A DNA stretch of 64,000 bases, taken from Eledone cirrhosa. Lineage: Eukaryota. Every line of letters starts with the position of its first letter. Position 1 is the stretch's first letter. The notes below the pieces were generated by a model. It saw nothing but the letters and a program-made list of their open reading frames with translations, was not told the origin of the DNA and ran no database searches. Of this stretch, positions 53,852 through 64,000 are shown piece after piece. A program made the translations under genes and the position numbers. Where the stretch lies: the NCBI GenBank assembly GCA_964016885.1, contig OZ024743.1:195610001-195674000 (forward strand), read 5' to 3'.

Positions 53852-53919
53852 GAGAAGAAGAAGAAGATCAAGAAGAAGAAGAAGAAGAAGAAGAAGAAGA
53901 AGAAGAAGAAGAAGAAGAA
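53852..53919. repeat. (AAG)n microsatellite
   Basis: Direct inspection. Confidence 0.9.
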
Positions 53920-54182
53920 TGAAGATTCGTCTCATAATTTATTTTGTTGCTACAGGGAACATTGTAATTCCAAAAATGCTGGGATTTCTAAAAATATCCT
54001 CTCATCCACGTCCACATACACTGGCTCACTAATCCTAGACATAGACGACAAGCTGATCTCACATTTTGATAATTAATCAAGTGCTGCCCAAAATGTCTCA
54101 GGAAAAGAAAACTTGTAGAAATGAGTTGTAAGATTTTAAATTGGACTCCCAACGAAATTGATATACTCTTGAATAGATACTA

Positions 54183-54232
<50 letters not shown>

Positions 54233-54234
<2 letters not shown>

Positions 54235-54625
54235 AACGGAAAAATTGAAACGAAATTTCATTTCCCACTCTTAGTAAGGCTGTTACTTAAATATAAGTAT
54301 GTACACGTATGCATAAGGTAAGTATATACGTAAGTATATACGTTCAACAATCTGGCAGGAAGGTATACGTTGCTGTCGATAGCTAATAAGCTTGAAACTA
54401 GTACAGCGTTCCTTTGTCTGTGTTGAACAAACGAGCAACGATGGTTGCTAGACACTACGGCTTAATACGGGATGTTTGTTTACAAACACACCGAGCATTA
54501 TAATAAATGTTTGGTGAATCCATACGTACATATATATATATATGTGTGCATGTATGTATATATATATATATATACATACTACTGTACGTCTGTATACATA
54601 TATGTATGTACGTGTACATACTTAT
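54233..54625 (+). mobile_element. Dispersed copy of the 473-bp retrozyme-like family with inverted segment
   Basis: 54233-54315 is the family 3' end inverted. 54338-54625 is a forward unit with HHR 54367-54409 (core CTGTCGA, stem I ACGTTG/CAGCGT). Confidence 0.8.
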
Positions 54626-54645
54626 ATATATATATATATATATTT

Positions 54646-55083
54646 ATACGATATTAACAAATGGAAACTATATTTATAAAACCATATTTATTTCATTATA
54701 CATATTTCAAGGATACCAAGTTAAATTATGGTATGCCTTCATCAGACAAAATACAATATATACCAGTTTTATAAATAAACATTGACGTACCCTTTTCAAA
54801 TTGCAGCCGTTACTTTTGGAAGACATCAAGTAAAGGTTGCACTTTGAAAAGGGTACGTCAATGTTTATTTATAAAGCTGGTATATATTGTATTTTGTCTG
54901 ATGAAGGCATACCATAATTTAACTTGGCATCCTTGAAATATGCATAATGAAATAAATATGGTTTTATAAATATAGTTTCCATTTGTTAATATCGTATATC
55001 TACTCCAAATACTTGTCGAGTGCTTTATATATCAGTTATAAAAATATTTGCCTGTTGTATCCCAACAATTTAAATAGAGCTTT

Positions 55084-55088
<5 letters not shown>
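54646..55088 (+). mobile_element. PLE-type fold-back insert: ~350-bp palindrome with a hammerhead motif in each arm
   Basis: Arms 54646-54812 / 54833-54997. HHR + at 54890-54954: TATTTTGT-CTGATGA-AGGCATACCA..TGGCATCCTT-GAAAT ATGC ATA-ATGAAATA. Confidence 0.75.
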
Positions 55089-55164
<76 letters not shown>

Positions 55165-55307
55165 GTGGAACACTGGACGGTAATATCCGTAGTGGTAGAG
55201 CACTCAGTCCATGAGACGAGTTAGGTGGAAGTGATTACGAGCTGAGGATTTGCTAAGGTGAAAAAATTGTTCTCGGTATGGTGAAATAACTATTGTGTAA
55301 CCACTTC

Positions 55308-55356
<49 letters not shown>

Positions 55357-55565
55357 AGTTATACTTGGGAAGGGTCATATTGTTGTAATAATATTGCCAG
55401 AAATAATAACATAACACACTCACTGCTCATTGTTTGGTTGGTTTTCGCTTCTGGATCTTTTATATCTCCATAGTTAATTCATTTGGCAATCAATCTTTAT
55501 CATTGATTGAACAACGGTTAAAAATTCAGATATAAATATATATAAATATATATATAAGAAAATGG

Positions 55566-55643
55566 ACGTCGAAACGGCTTGAGCTCTGCCGTCGGGGTTA
55601 AACATTTTCCTATTACCCACTCTACTACCCTAAGTACTTCGTT
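55566..55643 (+). mobile_element. Internally deleted family A fragment (another at 43405-43460)
   Basis: CGTCGAAACGGCTTGAGCTCTGCCGTCGGGG..CCCTAAGTA joined to CTTCGTT-(TA)n. Confidence 0.7.
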
Positions 55644-55664
55644 ATATATATATATATATATATA

Positions 55665-56032
55665 TCATCTCGACCGACGCCGGTCACAGCACGTGCTGTT
55701 TTAGCCATACGATGACGCCATCCCACTGGCTGGGCGGGCAGGACGTAAGTCTAAAGTCTGTCTTAAGACAAAAGGCTCATTTGGCCGGTGCTTATCCCGG
55801 TTTCAGGGCGTGACGCGACTGAGAGTACAAGACTCCCACCTGGACAGGACGCCAGTCCATCGCTGGGTTAAACCTCCAGCTATTGCTGGTACTCATTTTT
55901 TCAGCTGAGTAAACTGGAGAAACGTGAAATAAAGTGTCTTGCTCAAGGAAACAACACATCTCCCGGTCCGAGAATTGAACTCACAACCTTTCAATTGCAA
56001 GCCTACTGCTCTAACCACTAAGCCATGCGCCC
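55665..56032 (-). mobile_element. tRNA-derived SINE family S2 (partial + copy at 32500-32578)
   Basis: Minus strand: GGCGCATGGCTTAGTGGTTAGAGC (A box), GAGTTCAATTCTC (B box), TCCTTGAGCAAGACACTT..ACTCAGCTG..AATGAGTACC conserved core. Confidence 0.82.
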
Positions 56033-56113
56033 TCACCGTTACAGTCCTTGGATTTATATATATATATATATGTATGTTTGTATGTATGTATAATGTATGT
56101 ATGTATGTATGTA

Positions 56114-57364
56114 TGTCAGGTCATCAGTTGGAGCTACTGGTAAGATGTATCCCAGTACAACCTGTCTCATGGTCGGGTCGTTGGCGACTAAACTGGCAAC
56201 CCCACCAAGGTTTCTTGGTGAGGAGGGTGACTTTGGACATCCTGCAGGACTAAAAACAAAACCTGTCGAATGGCAAAGGAGCTCTTAAGTGTCAATGGCC
56301 ATCCAAAATCACCGGAAGAGATGACCCCTTAGCCTTTGTCAAGGCAGAATTCTAGGAGAAGGAAAACTCTGATATAACACCTGCAACCCTGATGGTATCC
56401 AATGATGTTGACTTGTTCTTTTTGGTAAATATCATCTTGGTTAAGAGAGTGGGACTGGCTTTGTGCAGTGCCTCTGCTCACTATAAAAGCTTCACGGCAC
56501 AGGCATTGCTTTATATCTGGAGATCTCTCTGCACTTGTCGTCACACGGTGCCATGGGCCCAGCACTATGTGTCAATAATTGTCACAGGTGTAGTGTTTGT
56601 ACCATAGTTTTCAAGTCGCTGGCTGGACTAAAAAGTCACACTTGTTTAGCGCATCGGTAGGGGTTCTCCTACATGGATATAAAGTAGTGGCCGTACTCGA
56701 AAACGAGTTGGCAGCCACCATGTATGTATGTATGTATGTATGTATGTATGTATGTATGTATGTATATACATGTGCTACTGGTAACATGAATCCCAGTACA
56801 ACCTGTCTCATGGTCGGGTCGTTGGCGACTAAACTGGCAACCCCACCAAGGTTTCTTGGTGAGGAGGGTGACTTTGGACATCCTGCAGGACTAAAAACAA
56901 AACCTGTCAAAGAGCAAAGGAGCTCTTAAGAGTCAATGGCCATCCAAAATCACCGGGAGATATGACCCCTTAGCCTTTGTCAAGGCAGAATTCTAGGAGA
57001 AGGAAAACTCTGATATAACACCTGCAACCCTGATGGTATCCAATGATGTTGACTTGTTCTTCTTTTTGGTAAATATCATCTTGGTTAAGGGAGTGGGACT
57101 GGCTTTGTGCAGTGCCTTTGCTCACTATAAAAGCTTCACGGCACAGGCATTGCTTTATATCTGGAGATCTCTCTGCACTTGTCGTCACATGGTACCATGG
57201 GCCCAGCACTATGTGTCAGTAATTGTCACAAGTGTAGTGTTTGTACCAGAGTTTTCAAGACGCTGGCTGGACTAAAAAGTCACACTCATTCAGCGCATTG
57301 GTAGGGGTTCGCCTACATGGATATAAAGTAATGGCCGTACTCGAAAACGAGTTGGCAGCCACCA
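56114..57364 (+). mobile_element. Two tandem copies (56114-56720, 56772-57364) of a bipartite RTE-derived non-autonomous element
   Basis: RTE-like 5' UTR (GGCAACCCCACC; TTAGCC..CTAGGAGAAGGAAAACTCTG) fused to a 3' end encoding one C2H2 finger, a stem-loop and a (TATG)n tail. Confidence 0.8.
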
Positions 57365-57525
57365 TGTATATATATATATATATATATATTATTAGAAAGT
57401 GAGGTTTTTTTACAAAATGAAAAATAACCGAAATGTCCTACACGAGTGAAAGTATAAAGAAAAGAAGATGAAATCGAAAATGCAACTGGAGTCTTATTTT
57501 TTTAAAATATATATATATATTTGGT

Positions 57526-57565
57526 TCCTTTACCGGTTTCGCAGTTCTTCTGCTTTTCAAAAGTA
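57526..57565 (-). ncRNA. Minimal hammerhead motif with U3:A8 core
   Basis: TACTT-TTGAAAA-GCAG aagaa CTGC-GAAA CCGG TA-AAGGA. Confidence 0.7.
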
Positions 57566-58090
57566 GAGTTGAGATGGAGGGTCTGTGGTTTTTCTCACAT
57601 CTGGTTTGTCTCTGAATGTTACTTGTTTTATATGGAAAAAAGTGGCTCGAAATGCCAGGTTTTTAGAGAAGTAATTTGATTGGTTGGTCAATAATTATAA
57701 TAAATTTCGCGCCCGTTCGCGTTACAAAGTTCTTCAAACAGGGGGGGGGGGGCACAGGTTGTTTTTTTCATTTATGAGTGTTTGAATTTCTTTTTACTTA
57801 AAAAAAAGGGGGCTCACGAAGGCTTTTTTTAAATAAACGTAATTTGATTGGTTATAAATGAAATTATGGCTGTCACGTGAACAAGTTTTCATTAAATTTT
57901 CGCGCCCTTATTTGGAAATCTATTCTGTCGCCTTTTTAGAGAATGTTATGACAAGCAAAAGATAATGGTCAAGAGAAATTGGATGGGAGAATTGTTCTGG
58001 TTCAGTGAATATGGTTAGTTCGCTGGGGTGTCAGAATTGAGATTTTCTATTGAATAAAGAAAGTAAAGATATGTATGTTTATTTGTGTGC

Positions 58091-58139
<49 letters not shown>

Positions 58140-59233
58140 AATTTCTTTTTACTTTAAAAAAGGGGGCTTTTTAGAGAATTTTATGACAAGCAAAAGATAA
58201 TGGTCAAGAGAAATGAGATGGGAGAATTGTTCTGGTTCAGTGAATATGGTTAGTTCCCTGGGGTGTCAGAATTCAGATTTTCTATTGAATAAAGAAAGTA
58301 AAGATATGTATGTTTATTTGTGTGCTTTTGTGTGTGTGTGTGGTGTGTATGTGTGTGTGTGCGGTGTGTGTGTGTTTGAATTTATTTTTACTTAAAAAAA
58401 GGGGGCTCACGAAGGCTTTTTTTAAATAAAAGTAATTGGATTGTTTATAAATGAAATTATAGCTGTCACGTGAACCAGTTTTCATTAAATTTTCGCGCTC
58501 TTATTTGGAAATCTATTCTGTAGCCTTTTTAGAGAATTTTATGACAAGCAAAAGATAATGGTCAAGAGAAATTGGATGGGAGAATTGTTCTGGTTCAATG
58601 AATATGGTTAGTTCGCTGGGGTGTCAGAATTCAGATTTTCTATTGAAGTAAAGAAAGTAAAGATGTGTATGTTTATTTGTGTGCTTGTGTGTGTGTGTGT
58701 GTTGGTAGATGATTTTTATTAGTAGAAATGGGGGAGGGAGCTGTGTGTGTGTATATATGGGTGTTATGTGTGTGTGGGGGGGAGTATGTTAAGATGGAGA
58801 GAATATATATATTTTGTGTGTGTGTATATATATGTGTGTAGGAAAGTGATTGTATTAGTAGAAATGGGGGAGGGAATTGTGTGTGTGGAGGTTGTTATGT
58901 GTGTGTATGGGTGTTATGTGTGGGAGTATGGTTAGCATGTTAAGATGAAAATAATATATATATATATTGTGTGTGTGTGTAGGAAAATGATTCCTTTAGT
59001 AGGAATATTTTTGAGTGAACATATTTTCCTTATTTATTCGTATTTGTTCTGTTGTATTGTCAGCGCAAACGTATGTTAAGGTTTATTTAGTTCGGGTTTT
59101 TATTTTCTAAAGTAGCAGGTGTTATGTGTGTGTGTATGTGTCTGTTTGGATGGTTAGCATGTTATGGTGTTGACATAATGTATATTAAACCATATTTAAT
59201 GCTGGTCTATATTTTTGAATAAACATATTTTCC

Positions 59234-59843
59234 TTATTTATTCGTATTTGTTCTGTTGTAAAGGTAAAATGAGCAGACTTGGAATTTGGGTGTCTTATTA
59301 CTTGCGCATATGTCTAGATATGCGCTTAGTGGTATCTGTCTCGTGGTTGGATCGCGTAATTGTTGGCGATAAACTGTCATTCTGTTTCTGAATGTGAGTT
59401 TAGTTTGTCCTATATAATCTTCATTGCATCCTTTACTTTTAATGGCATAAATTAGATGTTTTGATGAGCAAGTGAAGTGATTTTTTACAGCAAAATTTTG
59501 TCCTGATTTAAATGTATACGCGTTGCCTTCAATGAGGTGAGCGCAGGTTCCACAATTAGAGCTACCACATTTTTTGACAGTTGGTTGTGGGTTTGTGGTA
59601 GGTAATTTGGCATTGGTGAGTAATGTTTTCAGTGATTTTGGTTGTCTTTTGCTTTTGATTATTTTGTGTGTTTCAAGGGCTTTTTTCATTGTTGGGTTTT
59701 GTTTTAGTAGTGGGATGTACTTGTGAATAGTGTTGTAAGCTTCCGCATTTCTTGGTTTGGGTGTTGAGATATATGATAGAATATTGGACGTACCATGAAT
59801 TTGTTTCTGTTTTCGTAATTCATCAATGCCTATTGCTTTAGCC

Positions 59844-59845
<2 letters not shown>
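59234..59845 (-). pseudogene. Penelope Cys-rich linker and GIY-YIG endonuclease (5'-truncated)
   Basis: KRQPKSLKTLL, CGSSNCGTC, FTCSSKHLIYAI..GC..DYIGQTK..RNRMTV.RQQ. Confidence 0.88.
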
Positions 59846-59893
<48 letters not shown>

Positions 59894-60344
59894 GTATAGT
59901 GATAGCTATGGTGCTTCCATAGGCGGTATGCCAAAATTACCACGCGATATTCCTCAGAGTAGAGTGTAGATATTATAAAGAAAACGAAAAATCAGTGATG
60001 CATCTGGACTTAGTTTATTTCGTGTTACAAATGTTTCGCCGGCATGTAGCTCGAGTCATGGTCCTTGTATGTATCTGGCTGATTCTACTTCTGCGGGTTC
60101 TTTCAGATACGGGTGTTACGTCCGGAGCAAATTTTATCCCTGTGGTGTTATCATCAACAAACACCCTCAAAAAACCCTATTTCCACTTTTGTCATGCCAT
60201 TGACTGTTTTTACTCCACGTCATCACAAGTTCTGGTTAGTATCTGCTGCCACACGGTTCATCAACCATTTTCCGTCCGACACATTTCAATGGAGTCATGC
60301 TGGGTTCAGTACTTCACGCGTCTGCTCACACTTCAGAGTAAGCA

Positions 60345-61913
60345 CCCACACATACTAAAATACACACATAACAACACATACACATGCAGACACATACACA
60401 TCTATGCATATACACACGTACACCTACATGCGCAGACCCCCCCCCCCCACATACATATATCGAAGTATATATACTCACACACCGTCTCTCCCTCACTTAC
60501 ACGGACGCATTTTCACCCACTTGTTCATACATACCGCCACGTGCCATCTTACGGCTGTTTACTTCGCGCTCTGTATCAATTGGGATAAGCATATCCTACT
60601 CAAACATACACATATATACATATATACATATATACGCGCGCACATATACATACGCCCAACCTTCTATACATTTAAATATATATATATATCTTTCTCTATA
60701 TATATATACACACTCATACACACACATATACACATACACACATACAGGCACATACATACACACATGTGTATACACACATATTTGTATATACACACATATA
60801 CACATACATACACACACACATACATATATAAGTTTATACTCACACATGTCCACACATACATACGAATACACATACGTACCTAAACATTACCTACACAAGT
60901 ACATACACACACACATATATATACATATATTTATATACATATATATACATATATACACACAAAAGAAAAGAGACAAATTAACATGCGTACGCATTTCCAC
61001 ACATATACATACAAATACCCACGCATATGCCGATAAACATACATTTACACATACATACGCATACGTGTTGCCACATGCATACACCTGCACGCATGCATAT
61101 CTGCCTACACACACATGTGCTACCACATATACATACATAAACACACCACCTGTAAGTGAACAGTTAAAAATACATTATGCAATAGGACAACGGTAAATTA
61201 CCGTAATATAAAAAAATTGAATATACAATGTAGTATAAAATGCAATATGATACACATATATATATATATATATATACACATATATCTCTCTCTCCCCTAT
61301 TATATATATATATACATACATAAACGTATATATACACACACACACATAACACATACACACACATATACGTACACAGACTCATACATATACGGATATATAC
61401 GGAAATATATAGAGGATATGTGATAAAATAATACAAGAATAATAATAATAATAATTGTTTCTACTTTTGGCACAAGGCCAGCAAGTACCCAGTGTATTAC
61501 TGGTACTTTATTTTATCGACCCCGTAAGGATGAAAGGCAAAGTTAAACTCGGCGGAATTTGAACTCAGAATGGCAAGGGCTTTAACTCTATGCGTCAAAG
61601 CATGGCATCCAACCCCCTACCGATACTGCCAATTCAAGCCCTTAATAATAATAGTAATAATAAAAAAGCATACATAGTCCATATATAATCATCCGCACAT
61701 ATTCCTATGAGATGCACATAAACACATACTTGTATGCACAAATACATGTACACACATATAGAGGCCCGCAAATACATGCACCTGCACCCACAAACACATC
61801 CAGATATATACACGTACACACACACATATATATACGCACACTTACCCACCCACCCCACACACATACACCTACTCAAACGTGGCTAAACGTAGATACTCAC
61901 ACATACATACATA

Positions 61914-61981
<68 letters not shown>

Positions 61982-62235
61982 CTCATATATAGACACACAT
62001 ATACCCATACCCACACACACATACACCCACATTCCGCCATATATGTATATATATGCACATGTTTGCACATACAGGCGCGTATAAGCTCGTGCACGCACAC
62101 ACAGACACACACACGCACCCATGCCCATATAGACACCCCAGCACCCACCCACGTATATATATATGCATACATACATACGCATCTACTCACGCACACAGGC
62201 ACATATACCCACACACATGTCCACACATAAAAACA
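60345..62235. repeat. Low-complexity (CA/TA) degenerate microsatellite region interrupted by a SINE
   Basis: Direct inspection. Confidence 0.85.
61450..61635 (-). mobile_element. SINE S1, full length
   Basis: Reverse-complement A box, B box, core and tail. Confidence 0.88.
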
Positions 62236-62519
62236 CGTGAATATAAACACAATATGATAATAAAATAAAATAAATAAATTAAGTTACAATATTTTAGGGT
62301 ACATTAAAATATGTATGTAACTGCATAAATAGGTACTCGAAAAGAAGGGGTAAAATAAAGGAACGGGTAAAATAAAAAAAAATAAAATAAAATAAAACGT
62401 TGGGGGGGGGTACAGGAGAAGGTGCGTGCGTCTATCCGATATACTACACACAGGTGTTATGAGATGCCAACTTGTGTCCGTGTATAGAACAGATAACAGT
62501 AACAGAACAATGATAGAAC

Positions 62520-62712
62520 AATAATTGTTTCTATTTTAGGCACAAGGCCAGCAATTAACCAGTGCATTACTGGTACTTTATTTTATCGACCCCGTAAGGA
62601 TGAAAGGCAAAGTCGACCTCGGCGGGATTTGAACTCAGATCGTAAAGGGACGTAACTATGGTGGAAAGCATGGCGTCCGACCCTCTACCGATACTGCCAA
62701 TCCACCGCCCTC
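62520..62712 (-). mobile_element. SINE S1, full length, with apparent target duplication ATGATAGAACAAT
   Basis: Reverse-complement S1; ATGATAGAACAATAAT occurs at both 62510 and 62714. Confidence 0.88.
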
Positions 62713-63143
62713 TATGATAGAACAATAATGATATTAATAATTACTGTTCCAAAGTGGAACAGGTGTAGAGTATATAGTGACGATTGACGGTGTACACATT
62801 CAATGTGACGCCTGTCACGGTCGCCATGGGGCATGTCACCGTGGCTCGGGTGTGCTGTTCTATACGTTTATTTCACAGGACCGGGTGGCAGTGCGGCCCA
62901 GTGTCAGCCGGTCAAGGCCCATGCGGTATATCTTCCAATGTTGTGTGCACGGACACCGTCATCATGGCATGGCGTCAGGTCCCCTAATCCCGCTAGGCCA
63001 ATCGGATCTGTGCGTACTCATTCCCATGCACCCTCCCTGCGTCACCCGGCGGTTTCCATGCCCCATGGAGATAGTCAGACTGAAGGATGACGCCGTCAAC
63101 CTGAAGTCTGAAATTATCATGACATGCTGACACCAGAGAAGAT

Positions 63144-63779
<636 letters not shown>

Positions 63780-63786
63780 TATATAT

Positions 63787-63970
63787 GCAGGGAGTGTAAC
63801 GCGGAGTTACTATAGGTTTACCCGGGTGTGCCCTCGATGTTTAGATTCACTTCAGTATTGAGGTGTAGAGCTAGACAGAGTGTAATATAATACAATAAAG
63901 CAAGGTCGAGTGGTTATTCCTTCATTACGTAATGAAGGCGTAACCACTCGCCCTTGTTTTATTTTATTAT
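63787..63970. repeat. Microsatellite-flanked insert with ~85-bp terminal palindrome
   Basis: ATAATACAATAAAGCAAGGTCGAGTGGTTA..CCTTCATTACGTAATGAAGG..TAACCACTCGCCCTTGTTTTATTTTATTAT. Confidence 0.6.
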
Positions 63971-64000
63971 AAGTGTGTGTGTGTGTGTGTGTGTGTGTGT

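Larger units (their letters stand above)
57390..59848 (-). mobile_element. Penelope-like element 3' portion: linker, GIY-YIG, long repetitive 3' UTR and hammerhead
   Basis: ORF 59234-59689, UTR with tandem duplications 57750-58700, HHR motif 57526-57565; (TA)n on both flanks. Confidence 0.85.

Noticed and set aside
53810-54076. Poly-lysine ORF
   Set aside because: (AAG)n microsatellite.
55955-56032. tRNA gene
   Set aside because: A and B boxes are present but continue into a SINE core; the cloverleaf is not intact.

Overview
AT-rich, microsatellite-saturated eukaryotic DNA with no supportable host exon. The SINE complement and (TA)n density resemble an octopod cephalopod; this is inference only. 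The window is mostly retroelements: a decayed near-full-length Tx1/L1-type LINE (9.6-14.7 kb), RTE-clade fragments, an R4-type RLE fragment, two Penelope-like (PLE) GIY-YIG 3' fragments, about 20 tRNA-SINE copies, a bipartite non-autonomous RTE derivative and several MITE/Helentron-like remnants. The main signal is RNA-structural. Many (TA)n-flanked non-coding inserts carry minimal type-I hammerhead ribozyme (HHR) motifs. These include a 4.5-unit, ~473-bp tandem array with one HHR per unit and a 5' inversion (retrozyme-like, with dispersed copies), a second ~306-bp tandem/inverted family, several HHRs with a compensatory U3:A8 core, and a repeated class of fold-back inserts whose inversion point lies inside the ribozyme. 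Together they suggest a Penelope-mobilised, TA-targeting ribozyme/retrozyme system. All motifs were read by eye; no folding, alignment or database search was run.
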